Notes: generated by a model not told the origin, from the letters alone. DNA of 39,965 nucleotides from a virus (IMGVR_UViG_3300017963_000208:67601-107565), one strand, 5' to 3'; positions 18,098 through 27,650 are shown, counted from the stretch's first letter. Numbers and translations: made by a program.

Positions 18098-18842
18098 TAA
18101 ACGACACTCCATCGAAATTTTCACTTAACCCGCTCTCTGCGAATGAAGCTGTAGAATCCTCTGTTTCTGAGAAACTACTAAACCTATCAGAACCATTCCC
18201 TCCCTTGGGGGGCTCCTTAGCAGTCTTCGCCTCAGTCTTGGCCTCATTTTTGGGGGCTTCGGTCTTCGTTTTAAATCCGCCGCCACTATTACTAGGTTTC
18301 TTAAAACCTCCACTGTTAGTGCTCTTAGGCTTATTGGCTTTGAATCTAGAGTTGGAAACAGGTTCTACAGTTACGTCTGCCCCTGTGGAATCTAAAGTTC
18401 CCCTGTAAGCCTCATTACCAATAGAAAGAAGAGATAGTGACTTGCCTATAGCATCGGTGATAGCTCCTTTGATAGCATCAGCCATAGCTCCGTGGACAAC
18501 AAAAGAACCTCCAGCGTGGGTTCCCGTTTCGTAGGCCACATTACCATTATCATCCATGAATTGTAGACTGACTAATGCAGTAACAGCAGTACGGGTTTTG
18601 TTTGATCCAGAAACCTCATACTCTAAAGCATCAATCTTGTAGTCATGGAGAACGTGTTTCCACTTACCTGTACCAAAGGCTCCATTCATCGCATCAATGA
18701 GGTACTGGGACTTATAGCCTACGGGTGTAAAGCGTTGCTTCCCCGTATCGTTGCCCATTTTCTTGATCTGAACAGCTTCTTTTCCAAAGCCTTTCAGAAT
18801 CTCATTAGCTTTTTGGGCTTTCTCCGTCAAATTGAACGTCAT
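18084..18842 (-). CDS. Rad52/Rad22-like single-strand annealing protein
   Basis: YLIDAMN..FG...W and DA.KGA.TDA..K....IG...Y, followed by a disordered tail; start at MTFNL with GGGAGG. Confidence 0.8.
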   Translation of the reverse strand: MTFNLTEKAQKANEILKGFGKEAVQIKKMGNDTGKQRFTPVGYKSQYLIDAMNGAFGTGKWKHVLHDYKIDALEYEVSGSNKTRTAVTALVSLQFMDDNGNVAYETGTHAGGSFVVHGAMADAIKGAITDAIGKSLSLLSIGNEAYRGTLDSTGADVTVEPVSNSRFKANKPKSTNSGGFKKPSNSGGGFKTKTEAPKNEAKTEAKTAKEPPKGGNGSDRFSSFSETEDSTASFAESGLSENFDGVSFNDQG

Positions 18843-19944
18843 GTGTTTTTTCCTCCCTCGTCTTAGGAAAAATGTATTTATCTCTGTCATTATAGTGACA
18901 TAAATGAAAATATGGGCAGAGGCCATAATCAAAACATCTGCGTAGATCCATATACCTTACGCCTTGAGTGGCCAACCTTGCCGTGCTAGCAAAACTTTTA
19001 ATTCCCTGTTCTTGTTTCTCCTTACTTATTTCATCTACCATTACCTGGGTGTGTCCTTTACAATCTACGGTCCACTCTCCCCCGCACCGTTGACCTTTCT
19101 TTTCCACTGGGCAAGTACGATACCGTGAACCCTTTTTCTTTTTCTTTCCACACACAGAGCATTTAGAATCCTTCTTCATAAACTTGAGGAGAACTATAAA
19201 TCCCACCAACTTCGTGTCTAAATCTTTACCGACCGCGTTCAAATAGAGCAAAAGTTGTTCAGAAAACATGGTCTTGTCTTTGTCATAATAAGAAGCTGAG
19301 GTTTTCATATCAAAAACAACTGGTCGATCATACCCCTCAAACTCGCATATCAGGTCTATATAGCCTCCGATTCTTGCTATATTTCCTACCTTGCCTTTAA
19401 TCTTATGTTGTATTGCTATGACCTTCTTGATTTTTGGTAACACCTCCAAGATAAAAGCATCCAACATCATTAGGCCTTTTCGTTTTAACGACAACCACGA
19501 AACTCTGTTGAACAGTTTTGTCTCATCAACGGTTAGTGGCTTCTTTCTAACCTTCTCGTCTTTGGTAACATAAGTTACCTTTGATTTGAGTTCTTTTTCC
19601 CACTGTTTTACCAACGTTTTGTCGGCTGGTTCAAGAACATCGAGGTCGTAGTCAGCCTTGGAGTATTTCTGAGATAGGTCATCAAAATAGTTTTCCCATC
19701 CCGAGTCCTTATCTGATAAAAAGACATCTTTACAATCTCTTATACCTTCCTGTTCTTTTCCCTCTTGTTTTCTTTCGAGCAAATAACCTGCCGCAACATC
19801 CATAGCGATTCCAAAGGCTAGGGAAGCGCCAACCTCTTTAGGCTTCACTCTGGCAATATACTGCTGGTAGTGACGCTCGCCGCAATCCTTCCAAGTGGAG
19901 GCTGCTGAAAAGGACATCAAGGGTAGTTTTTTTCTATCACTCAT
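18805..19944 (-). CDS. PD-(D/E)XK exonuclease, Cas4/RecB-like
   Basis: SFS.....DC, G..MD, GYIDL..VFDMKT, QLLLY, C-terminal C..C..C cluster. Confidence 0.85.
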   Translation of the reverse strand: MSDRKKLPLMSFSAASTWKDCGERHYQQYIARVKPKEVGASLAFGIAMDVAAGYLLERKQEGKEQEGIRDCKDVFLSDKDSGWENYFDDLSQKYSKADYDLDVLEPADKTLVKQWEKELKSKVTYVTKDEKVRKKPLTVDETKLFNRVSWLSLKRKGLMMLDAFILEVLPKIKKVIAIQHKIKGKVGNIARIGGYIDLICEFEGYDRPVVFDMKTSASYYDKDKTMFSEQLLLYLNAVGKDLDTKLVGFIVLLKFMKKDSKCSVCGKKKKKGSRYRTCPVEKKGQRCGGEWTVDCKGHTQVMVDEISKEKQEQGIKSFASTARLATQGVRYMDLRRCFDYGLCPYFHLCHYNDRDKYIFPKTREEKTHDVQFDGESPKS

Positions 19945-20168
19945 TTCAACAACGACTCTAAATCAGTTAGCATTTTTCGATAGGCTTCGGTTTTTGCCTT
20001 TATTTCCGGAAACTTGGTCATTTTTTGAAGAAGCTCTACCTTTAAATCCGGTGAGGATTTGCTTGTTAGCTTCATCATCTCCAAGTCTATTCGGAGTGTA
20101 TCTAAAATCTTTTTGTACTCTTCGATTTTTTCTTCTATTTTTTCTTGAATCGAGATTTTTGTACTCAT
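19941..20168 (-). CDS. small coiled-coil hypothetical protein
   Basis: Amphipathic helical composition; ATGA overlap with the exonuclease gene. Confidence 0.6.
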   Translation of the reverse strand: MSTKISIQEKIEEKIEEYKKILDTLRIDLEMMKLTSKSSPDLKVELLQKMTKFPEIKAKTEAYRKMLTDLESLLK

Positions 20169-20547
20169 TTGGATTCACCCATGTTCTCCAACCATTAGTA
20201 CTCTCGAACAATTCCCAGTACTTGGTGATTGGTTTTGCTTTCAGAGGACCCTTGGGATTGCCTTCTCGGTCCTTGGGCTGAATAGCAGTAACAGCTATAA
20301 TCTTGCCCACACATTCTTGTGGTAAGGTCTTATCTTCTGAATACTTAGTCTGTGTGAGCCTCAAGTGTCCTTGGGTTGGGTAAGTTTTACTAAAAAACTC
20401 CTGTTGAAAACCAGGATTAAGAATTACCCGCCTTTGCTTACTTTCGTCCAGCCATAGGACCTCTTCTACTTGAAAGCATCGTCTGAAAGTATCCCACTTC
20501 TTCTGTTCTGGTGTTTTTTCCTTAGTTCTTTCTCTGTTTTTGCTCAC
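19963..20547 (-). CDS. hypothetical protein (first gene after a promoter motif)
   Basis: GTG start with GGGAGG; 3' end overlaps the next gene by ~205 nt. Confidence 0.6.
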   Translation of the reverse strand: MSKNRERTKEKTPEQKKWDTFRRCFQVEEVLWLDESKQRRVILNPGFQQEFFSKTYPTQGHLRLTQTKYSEDKTLPQECVGKIIAVTAIQPKDREGNPKGPLKAKPITKYWELFESTNGWRTWVNPNEYKNLDSRKNRRKNRRVQKDFRYTPNRLGDDEANKQILTGFKGRASSKNDQVSGNKGKNRSLSKNAN

Positions 20548-20556
20548 AATATCCTC

Positions 20557-20594
20557 CCTCTACTAATAGAGGACTACTTACCATTTGGTAAATA
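20557..20594 (-). promoter_or_regulatory. phage promoter/operator, copy A
   Basis: Minus strand TATTTACCAAATGGTAAGTAG-N8-TAGTAGAGG, identical to copy B outside N8; contains palindrome TTACCA-N2-TGGTAA. Confidence 0.75.
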
Positions 20595-20598
20595 GTTT

Positions 20599-21027
20599 TT
20601 ATTGTTTTTTCAATCTTTTTTTGAGAACCTTCATTATTTCTATAATGGGCAGATTGGGTACGATATTCTCCTCAGAGTCCATGCCTTCAAAATAATTGTT
20701 TACTATATACCCTTCCCTTATATCTTGAATGACAGCACCTCTTATCTTACTGCCTATAATAGCTATATTTTTGCAATTTCTTACCAAAAGACCATTGCTA
20801 ACAAGGCTGCCCCCTAAATTATACCCCTTTCCTCCGACCAAGAATAAAGTTCCCTGCACATTACAGTCCTTTAATTCTACGCCGTGTCCTTCCCAAACTA
20901 CCACATCTGATAAGAAGAGACATTCATTAAAAAAGGCTCTCTCACAATCTACCACAAATATGGGGGTTTTAAAAGTCTGGTTGTGGTGAACTATGCAGCT
21001 TTCTTCTACAAATGTGGTGGAACTCAT
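20599..21027 (-). CDS. small beta-helix-like protein with tag-like C-terminus
   Basis: Repetitive beta-strand pattern; ends LPIIEIMKVLKKR. Confidence 0.55.
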   Translation of the reverse strand: MSSTTFVEESCIVHHNQTFKTPIFVVDCERAFFNECLFLSDVVVWEGHGVELKDCNVQGTLFLVGGKGYNLGGSLVSNGLLVRNCKNIAIIGSKIRGAVIQDIREGYIVNNYFEGMDSEENIVPNLPIIEIMKVLKKRLKKQ

Positions 21028-21031
21028 CTGT

Positions 21032-21406
21032 TTACCTCTTAATGACTCTTCCGGCTAAAGATTTTATCTTGTGCCAAATCTGGGGATTACTTTCAAAAAA
21101 TCTCCGCAACTCTGTCATATCCAACTCTCGAATCTGATTCTCCAATTCCTTCCATTCATGGAATTTCTTGTGTTGGAGTTTAATCACCTTCATAGTTTTG
21201 GTTATGTCCATTTTCCAACTGGTGACAAATGCCGACGCAGTAAGTATGTAGTCTCTGCTGTCAGGGTAGCAGTAAAGAGCGCAATAACTATTCCTAAATT
21301 TACTTCCCCGATGAGACAATACAAAGTACGGAGCGGAACTAGTAAGAGTTCTACCACTACGATACGTTCTGGTCACATAACATACTGAAAAAATAGGAGG
21401 TTTCAT
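21032..21406 (-). CDS. hypothetical protein with internal copy of the shared tag
   Basis: MDITKTMKVIK followed by a helical tail. Confidence 0.55.
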   Translation of the reverse strand: MKPPIFSVCYVTRTYRSGRTLTSSAPYFVLSHRGSKFRNSYCALYCYPDSRDYILTASAFVTSWKMDITKTMKVIKLQHKKFHEWKELENQIRELDMTELRRFFESNPQIWHKIKSLAGRVIKR

Positions 21407-21696
21407 TTATGTTTCAAAAACTCGTTGGTTTCTTCCTTAGTTACTTGTTTTTGTAAATAAGCGCCCAATCCCCCCACTTGTTGAGGATCAAGCACAACCT
21501 CGGCAAAACACGCCTCTCCCTTGGTCAAAACCTTCCAAGCTAGTTTGATACGTTTCCACAGAGAAGTGTCTTTTTGTGAAGCTCCAATAGATATAAAGAA
21601 ATCCGTACCATCCACAATAAGGTCTAAGTTATGTTCTGTCATCCCACAAGTACAGGGCAGCCTATAATGATCTTCTCTTACTTTAAACATCTTCAT
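21403..21696 (-). CDS. hypothetical phage protein
   Basis: CxCG..H and LWKRIK.AW..L segments; coupled overlaps. Confidence 0.6.
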   Translation of the reverse strand: MKMFKVREDHYRLPCTCGMTEHNLDLIVDGTDFFISIGASQKDTSLWKRIKLAWKVLTKGEACFAEVVLDPQQVGGLGAYLQKQVTKEETNEFLKHK

Positions 21697-22108
21697 CCTC
21701 TCTTACGTAAAAGATGCCTCCAACCTTCTCTACCCACCCTTCTGGAAGCGGTAATTGGCGTCTGGGAGACCAGGTTGCCATAGAAAGGTCATCAAAGACC
21801 ACTGAGGGCTTCTCAACCACATAATCAACTATTTTCTCTATTTTAAGGGCTTTTACTACCGATTGTGCCCAGTCCCAACCTCCCTGACTCCATACGATGA
21901 TTATAGCACCTTTCTTCTTGTGCTGTTTTAGCTCATCTATGGCTGCTTGATTGACCGCCAGGGTAGACTCAGAGCTAAAGCCTCCATAAAGATTATTCTC
22001 GAACTTAATGGTAACTTTAGTTCCCGTATAATCCTCGGGAGCACGGTACAGTACCAAAGTGTCATCCACATCACAAAAAAGAGTATAACGTCCCTTAACT
22101 ACTTTCAT
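21683..22108 (-). CDS. HAD-superfamily phosphatase
   Basis: FCDVDDTL (DxD), WS.GG, KP...DD. Confidence 0.8.
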   Translation of the reverse strand: MKVVKGRYTLFCDVDDTLVLYRAPEDYTGTKVTIKFENNLYGGFSSESTLAVNQAAIDELKQHKKKGAIIIVWSQGGWDWAQSVVKALKIEKIVDYVVEKPSVVFDDLSMATWSPRRQLPLPEGWVEKVGGIFYVREDEDV

Positions 22109-22778
22109 ATAAATTGACCTCAATACATTTGTGGGCTACGGTATAGCTTTCATCCACAATAGCTGCGTTGGCGTAAGTTATACCGTCTTTTATCTTAATT
22201 CCCCGGTCACAATGAATATGACCGCAAACATGGAGTTGGGGTTTGACTATTTCAATTCTCTTGGCCAGCATCTCACACCCCGTATATCTACAACCGCGTT
22301 TTTTGTTAGGACGATTGTCTGCTATATTCCAACTATTCCATACCCTGTCCAGAATCTTATGGGGTGGACCATGGGTAAGAAGAATATCTGTGTCCTCGGG
22401 AATGAGAACCCAGTGTTTGTTAATTTCTTCTCCCCGAATACGGTTGAACGCCCAGTTACAAAACCAGGGCTGCACCGGAGAACCCCAAACTTTAAATCCT
22501 TCTACCGTTGCTCCAGAATCGTTTAAATAAATAATACCCCTATCCTTACACATTTGTTCCATTAGGGCCGGGTCTTTCTCTCCTAGCCAATCATGGTTTC
22601 CACAGATAAGAACCTTGTGTTTGTGGGGAAGAGCTGCCAACCAGTCAAGAAAGGGTTGCACCTCGGCTACGCGGCCCATCATAGAAAAATCCCCCGCATG
22701 GAGGATAACATCCCCTGGAGGGACAATCATTTGCTCATGTCGGCTATGAGTATCGGACATACAAATGAACTTAGTCAT
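22095..22778 (-). CDS. metallophosphoesterase (239FB-like)
   Basis: SDTH, HAGD, GNHD, THGPP, CGHIH. Confidence 0.9.
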   Translation of the reverse strand: MTKFICMSDTHSRHEQMIVPPGDVILHAGDFSMMGRVAEVQPFLDWLAALPHKHKVLICGNHDWLGEKDPALMEQMCKDRGIIYLNDSGATVEGFKVWGSPVQPWFCNWAFNRIRGEEINKHWVLIPEDTDILLTHGPPHKILDRVWNSWNIADNRPNKKRGCRYTGCEMLAKRIEIVKPQLHVCGHIHCDRGIKIKDGITYANAAIVDESYTVAHKCIEVNLYESS

Positions 22779-22998
22779 TGGTCTTTTCTTCCTTAGTTTC
22801 TTCTGGAGTAGGGAGAATATCAGAATTATCTCTGCCCGTAATCTCATTTAAAGTTTGAACTATGATCCCTCTTCCAGCATTGGTGATATGAGAGGCACCA
22901 CAGCGCAGTAATCCACGCAACCTTCCCTTCACAACATCCAGATTTTGTTGGAGAGTTTCTACCTGTTTCTTCATCTCTTGGTTTATTGCCTTATTCAT
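22771..22998 (-). CDS. hypothetical protein
   Basis: Helical ORF; GGAG upstream of MNKAINQ. Confidence 0.5.
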   Translation of the reverse strand: MNKAINQEMKKQVETLQQNLDVVKGRLRGLLRCGASHITNAGRGIIVQTLNEITGRDNSDILPTPEETKEEKTND

Positions 22999-23260
22999 AT
23001 ACATCTCCATTACTCTGTATTTTACTGTTCTCATAAGGAGCCACTACTCTACGGTAAAACTCCAGCTTGGCTCCCTCTAACGCTCCCATAATATCGTTAA
23101 TTTTTTGGTAATCTAGAGGGGCTTTACTATGACAAGCATAATGCTCAATTATCCGAGTTACAAGATAGTTTAGCTCCCCCGGATTCCCCGGAGATTTGCG
23201 CCACAAGGTATCAACTATTTCGTCTAACCATTTTCTACGTTCTTTTTTTATGTATGGCAT
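22991..23260 (-). CDS. conserved phage protein (DUF6899-like)
   Basis: MPYI...R, GELNY..T, GALE.AK.EFYRR...PYE..KI..NGD. Confidence 0.7.
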   Translation of the reverse strand: MPYIKKERRKWLDEIVDTLWRKSPGNPGELNYLVTRIIEHYACHSKAPLDYQKINDIMGALEGAKLEFYRRVVAPYENSKIQSNGDVYE

Positions 23261-23610
23261 TTTTTATTCCTCTTCATATAGTGAAGTGTATCGGGCTGCA
23301 AAGTGCCCTCTTTCACAAAATTGTTGATAATGTCCTTCGATATATAAAATAGGTCGTCACTTTCTGATATGTAGGTCTCTAGTACCTGTTGTACGTGAGA
23401 ATCTCCCCCTCCTCTAGGGAAGTTTAAAAAAGGCAAGCCCTTAGCACCACCCACCCCTGTGTTAAAAATTTCTGGTGAGATTATATGTGCATACCCTTGC
23501 GGACAGGCCCACCTAAAAACACTGGTAGATACTCCATAGAACTTTGTGGTTTCGGCGCATATCTCAACAGAACACCCACAAGTGGCTTTATACCTCACCC
23601 TTCTTGCCAA
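23248..23610 (-). CDS. hypothetical protein with shared C-terminal tag
   Basis: TTG start with GGAGGG; ends PDTLHYMKRNKK. Confidence 0.6.
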   Translation of the reverse strand: MARRVRYKATCGCSVEICAETTKFYGVSTSVFRWACPQGYAHIISPEIFNTGVGGAKGLPFLNFPRGGGDSHVQQVLETYISESDDLFYISKDIINNFVKEGTLQPDTLHYMKRNKKCHT

Positions 23611-24311
23611 TATCCCTCCAACATACTCATCTGCAATTTTTCAATCTTTGCTTGGTCTGCTCCATATTGAAGGTCTGACTTTACGTAGGCTTCATCAATC
23701 AAATGCTCTAGCCGTTCTGCTTCAGCCAGGACTTTAGCCAAATCCCACTCGCCGTTACGAATGGCTTTCAGTTGCTTCCTATGAGGGCAGGGGTAAATAA
23801 GCTGCTTTGCTACCATTATGTCCAGCCCTTCATAAAGGAGCCTCATCAGGTGCATAGCAAATTTTGTATCGTAGCCGTGCTTTTCGATGAGCGCAACTCG
23901 TTTACCCTCTGCCTCTTTCGTGAGGATTTTCCTCTTCTGCGAGTGAGCATACCCCCTGAACGTGTGATATGATTTCTTAGAAAGGAATAACTCCCTATTA
24001 TCAATGATCTTTTGACCATATTCGTTCTTGAAAATAACATTTTTGTCTGGAGTATACAACAGACTCAGGATATTGGGATTATTATTCATGGCCAAGTGAA
24101 TGTACTTAGGCAAAGTGTAACACGTATAGTCGGTATCGTCAGATTTTACCTGAACCTGGTCACACCTGTGAAGCCCATAAACGTATTCCTTTGGCGGTAC
24201 AAAAATACCCTGATAGTCCCTATCGGATTCTGGTGTTTCGGTACCATAGAGGTAAGAACCAGTTTCGACTTTCAAAATAAGATTGCTTTCTGCCAGGTCT
24301 TGTTCTTTCAT
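23595..24311 (-). CDS. DNA polymerase beta-family nucleotidyltransferase (YcgL/RNA-repair type)
   Basis: GSYLYGT...SDRD, NPN, F.GYA..Q, YD.K...H..RL. Confidence 0.85.
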   Translation of the reverse strand: MKEQDLAESNLILKVETGSYLYGTETPESDRDYQGIFVPPKEYVYGLHRCDQVQVKSDDTDYTCYTLPKYIHLAMNNNPNILSLLYTPDKNVIFKNEYGQKIIDNRELFLSKKSYHTFRGYAHSQKRKILTKEAEGKRVALIEKHGYDTKFAMHLMRLLYEGLDIMVAKQLIYPCPHRKQLKAIRNGEWDLAKVLAEAERLEHLIDEAYVKSDLQYGADQAKIEKLQMSMLEGYWQEG

Positions 24312-24742
24312 TTACCTATCACCCAAATTCTATCATCTAACAGACATTCTAAAATAGGTTTAACTTCTGTTTTCCAATCTAGCCCGCCATTTCCACACCC
24401 CGGTTTAGGCAGCACCACCGTTTCTATATTGGTCTGGTCCATAAGCAACATCAAATCTTTAGCAGACTTTTCTATTAAGCATAAATCTGCTTTTTCCCAC
24501 CAATTATGCTTGACTGGAAAAGTAATTATATCAAAGCACTGATATAAGGTGACCCAATTGCCACTTTTCTTTAAATTTTCTCCTAACAATTTGGGAAATT
24601 CTGGAAATCTTTGGGTGGCTTCATAAGCGCAGCCTCGACCCATAACCGCGAGACCATTCTTTTTTACCGTGCCGTTGGTTGTTATGGCCACTGTAAAACC
24701 GTTGTCTAAAAATTCCCACAGATCACCTTTGATTTCTTTCAT
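24308..24742 (-). CDS. macro domain (ADP-ribose binding/processing) protein
   Basis: GDLW, ITTN, VMGRGCA, FPVK, LPKPGCGNGGLDW. Confidence 0.85.
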   Translation of the reverse strand: MKEIKGDLWEFLDNGFTVAITTNGTVKKNGLAVMGRGCAYEATQRFPEFPKLLGENLKKSGNWVTLYQCFDIITFPVKHNWWEKADLCLIEKSAKDLMLLMDQTNIETVVLPKPGCGNGGLDWKTEVKPILECLLDDRIWVIGK

Positions 24743-24861
24743 AGACTTCCCGTAGCTAACATAAAAAGATATAATAGAAGAGCGATGGTGCCCACATAGA
24801 CACTCCCGGCCATAAGTACCGCACCAGTTAAAACCAAAAATTCTATAAGCTTATCTTTCAT
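24739..24861 (-). CDS. 40-aa hydrophobic peptide (below ORF-track cutoff)
   Basis: MKDKLIEFLVLTGAVLMAGSVYVGTIALLLYLFMLATGSL; ATGA overlaps on both sides. Confidence 0.55.
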   Translation of the reverse strand: MKDKLIEFLVLTGAVLMAGSVYVGTIALLLYLFMLATGSL

Positions 24862-24977
24862 TTGTATTTCCACCTGTCGTGAATAATAAGAACAATTATG
24901 CCCACCATATTAACTAATAACACTAGTAGAGGTAAGGTTAGTAAAACTAATAAATATGCTTTTATTAAAGTAATCAT
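24858..24977 (-). CDS. 39-aa hydrophobic peptide (below ORF-track cutoff)
   Basis: MITLIKAYLLVLLTLPLLVLLVNMVGIIVLIIHDRWKYK; ATGA overlap downstream; weak RBS. Confidence 0.4.
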   Translation of the reverse strand: MITLIKAYLLVLLTLPLLVLLVNMVGIIVLIIHDRWKYK

Positions 24978-25056
24978 AAGTAATGAATATTATAAACTTT
25001 CTCTACCCAAATTAAAAAGTGATCCTCTTTTGAGAACTTTCCACTTACCAAATCGT

Positions 25057-26709
25057 TTATTCTCCACAACTTGAGCCTTTCGTGATCTCGCACACATCAC
25101 TTGATTCCATAAATACTTCTCCCGTATGCTTTAAAGCCGTGTGGAACTTCACCGGAGTAAGAGGTTGTCCTGTTCTAGCCCCATCTGGATAGGCTGTCAG
25201 TCCTCTTAAATGGGGTAAGTACTTGATTAACATATTACCAAAACCTAACACCGTATCATCATTATTAAATTCTGATCCCCATGCGGGTAAGTTTATGGTA
25301 GAGCTTATGCCATGGTCCACATACTTTTGTACCCACTCTTGGAATTGTACTCTTCGTTCTAGATCGTTAGACAAAGAAAAAGCATCTTCTATATCATCTG
25401 GAGATATGCCCTGGTTTACTAATTTGTGCGCCGTGGGATCTATCACATACTGGTAATGCCAGGTCTTGTGTTTCAGATACCGACGCTTGTATGAAGCACA
25501 AAAAATAGGTTCTATACCCGAAGTTGTTTCTCCCAAGATAGAAATAGAGCCCGTAGGAGCTATAGCCCTAGTTTTTATTGATTGGCTCAAATCCCACTTG
25601 TCTGCATATTTATGAGCAAAGTTAGTACTTTCTTTGTAAATTTCCAAATACTCTTCTAATTCCTCATCTATACCATAAGGTTTTCCATGTGATAATAGCC
25701 ACTCATGGATACCCATTAAGCCCAAACCAAGCCTTCTATTCTTAGTTCGTATAATATCCACTTTAGAATAGGGTACATCACTATATACTGTACCCGCCAA
25801 TAAAAAAGCTGTAGAACACTCTACAACTTCGCGCATTTCTTCTAGGGTGGATATTTTTGCTAAATTGATACTACCCAAGTTACATATATCTGAATCATCC
25901 TCTCCGGTCACTTCCGTACAAGCATTTCTCAAATCCTCTTTAGAATTTTCTCCGGTATTTATGGAAAAACCAGGTTCTCCTGTTTTCAACATTCTTTTTA
26001 TAGTAGCCCAGTATACTGAGTGGGCATGAGCGTGTAATATGTGTTTTTCATCGTGGAAAGCTCTAAAAAACTCATCATCTAAGACTACAGAAATGTTTGT
26101 CCCATCTAGGGGTGCTGGAAAACTAAAATTCTTTTGTTTTAATTCTCGTACTTCCTTAGACCAGTCTTTAATATGTATAAATTTATGAATATCAGGGTGT
26201 TTCCAGCTTAATCCAGACCAAATAGCAGCACGACGGCTACCTCCCTGCATAATTCCTCTGGCGCTCTCATTCAACATCTGCATTAAACTTATGGGACCTG
26301 ATGCAGACCCTCCCGTTTTTCTTATAGGTTTTCCTTCTGCGCGTATCGCACTATATTCGACCCCTATTCCCGCCCCAGTCATCAACGCCAAAGCTGAGTG
26401 TTTTAGCAATGTAGCCCAACCCTCTCTACTATCGTCAGCCCGGAGTAACAAGCAGTTTTGTGTTTGGTGGTAAGGATTTCCAGAGGCATATAGATATCTG
26501 CCCCCCGGTATGAATTTTCGTTGGCGAATGAGTTTGCGTACATTTTTAACCAACTCCTTATCCGCGTCCACTGACCTCATAACATGGGTAGAGACTCTGC
26601 GGGCAATTTCATCCCAAGTTTCTTTACGCCCCGTTCTCTTAGTATGAGCATACTTTTGCTCCATCACCGTTTCAGCAAAGGTTGACATTTTATTTTTGCT
26701 CACAGCCAC
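25057..26709 (-). CDS. nrdJ: ribonucleotide reductase, compact class II (B12-dependent) type
   Basis: PGGR, NC, GxG, SRRAA, GEPG, NACTE, CNLGSINL, RRLGLG, APTG, C-terminal Cys pair; no ATP cone and no NrdB in the window. Confidence 0.85.
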   Translation of the reverse strand: MAVSKNKMSTFAETVMEQKYAHTKRTGRKETWDEIARRVSTHVMRSVDADKELVKNVRKLIRQRKFIPGGRYLYASGNPYHQTQNCLLLRADDSREGWATLLKHSALALMTGAGIGVEYSAIRAEGKPIRKTGGSASGPISLMQMLNESARGIMQGGSRRAAIWSGLSWKHPDIHKFIHIKDWSKEVRELKQKNFSFPAPLDGTNISVVLDDEFFRAFHDEKHILHAHAHSVYWATIKRMLKTGEPGFSINTGENSKEDLRNACTEVTGEDDSDICNLGSINLAKISTLEEMREVVECSTAFLLAGTVYSDVPYSKVDIIRTKNRRLGLGLMGIHEWLLSHGKPYGIDEELEEYLEIYKESTNFAHKYADKWDLSQSIKTRAIAPTGSISILGETTSGIEPIFCASYKRRYLKHKTWHYQYVIDPTAHKLVNQGISPDDIEDAFSLSNDLERRVQFQEWVQKYVDHGISSTINLPAWGSEFNNDDTVLGFGNMLIKYLPHLRGLTAYPDGARTGQPLTPVKFHTALKHTGEVFMESSDVCEITKGSSCGE

Positions 26710-26711
26710 CT

Positions 26712-26897
26712 CTAGTTAAGAAAATCACTACCTTCTGGGTCATCATCTGAATACGGGTCAGCCCAATTGCTTGTATCTAGTTCTTGATTTCGATACTCTT
26801 CTTCAATTTGTTCTTCTAGGATAGTCTTTGCTTCGTCGAGAGTCTCTACAGTCTCCAACATCTCCAGAATATCCTCCAGCAGCTCTGCTCTAGTCAT
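26712..26897 (-). CDS. small acidic protein
   Basis: 61 aa, very D/E-rich; AAGGAG upstream. Confidence 0.6.
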   Translation of the reverse strand: MTRAELLEDILEMLETVETLDEAKTILEEQIEEEYRNQELDTSNWADPYSDDDPEGSDFLN

Positions 26898-26937
26898 GGG
26901 TTTTATGTCTCCTTATAATTGTTATGGCCAATCTCCT

Positions 26938-26975
26938 CCTCTACTATTGGCCGCCTACTTACCATTTGGTAAATA
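26938..26975 (-). promoter_or_regulatory. phage promoter/operator, copy B
   Basis: Same TATTTACCAAATGGTAAGTAG-N8-TAGTAGAGG as 20557..20594; upstream of the RNR unit. Confidence 0.75.
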
Positions 26976-26990
26976 AAAACTATAACTTTT

Positions 26991-27650
26991 TTACTTTTTA
27001 AATTTCCCTATTAATTCTCTGGCCTTACGTAACCTATACCAAACTGCGTGCTTGATTATACCTCTTTTTTTAGCCATTTGCTCTATGCTTTGATACTCCA
27101 TGTAGTACTCTTGCAGGGTTTCTGAGTAGAGCTTGGGAATGTATTGACCAAAGGCCTTGTACAAATCCCGATATTCCTTGTAGTGCCTAAGAATATCTAA
27201 AGCCCCTTTACGTTTACCGTAGCCATGGACAATGTGATAGGCACGCCCCTTACTTATCCCATATTTTTTAGCAATTTCTTTGTAGGACTTGCCGTTTTGA
27301 AAATGGTCCAGTATTATATCTTTATTCCTCTGTGGTATAGCTCCCCACGGTATATCCTTGAGGTGTAACTTTTGTTTACGAGTATGTGTTTCCTCTTTCG
27401 GAGGGCTATAGTCATAAATGTCGTGGTACTTTACGGTCTTGGGCGACGTGCTGTGGCTCCTACCTAGATAGCTCTGCATTTGCCGGCAAAGGGAGGTACA
27501 CTGATCTTTAATCTCACACACCATACAGGGGGTTACCAGGTCGCAAATAGAGTCTGCGTGAGAACAAGGCAGTCGCTTAGGACAGCTTGAACACACGTCC
27601 ACTCTTTTAATATTCTTAAAATCCTGTATTTCTTTAGCCGATTTTACCAC
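26991..27650 (-). CDS. transcription regulator with Cys-rich N-terminus and two sigma70 region 4-like HTHs
   Basis: CxxC clusters; GKSYKEIAKKYGISKGRA and QSIEQMAKKRG......RLRKAR. Confidence 0.7.
   Translation of the reverse strand: MVKSAKEIQDFKNIKRVDVCSSCPKRLPCSHADSICDLVTPCMVCEIKDQCTSLCRQMQSYLGRSHSTSPKTVKYHDIYDYSPPKEETHTRKQKLHLKDIPWGAIPQRNKDIILDHFQNGKSYKEIAKKYGISKGRAYHIVHGYGKRKGALDILRHYKEYRDLYKAFGQYIPKLYSETLQEYYMEYQSIEQMAKKRGIIKHAVWYRLRKARELIGKFKK

Noticed and set aside
18130-18345. Short repeats (SGGFK, EAKT) in the annealase tail
   Set aside because: This is an ordinary low-complexity disordered linker.
18805-19944. Cas4-like nuclease as part of a CRISPR system
   Set aside because: No other cas genes or array are present, and its context next to the annealase indicates a recombination exonuclease.
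24924-24932. TAGTAGAGG half-motif on the plus strand
   Set aside because: It lies inside a small ORF in the opposite orientation and lacks the TTTAC box at the required spacing.
13251-26709. Introns or inteins in the polymerase, helicase or RNR genes
   Set aside because: The ORFs are continuous and of ordinary or compact size, and I saw no intein splice motifs.
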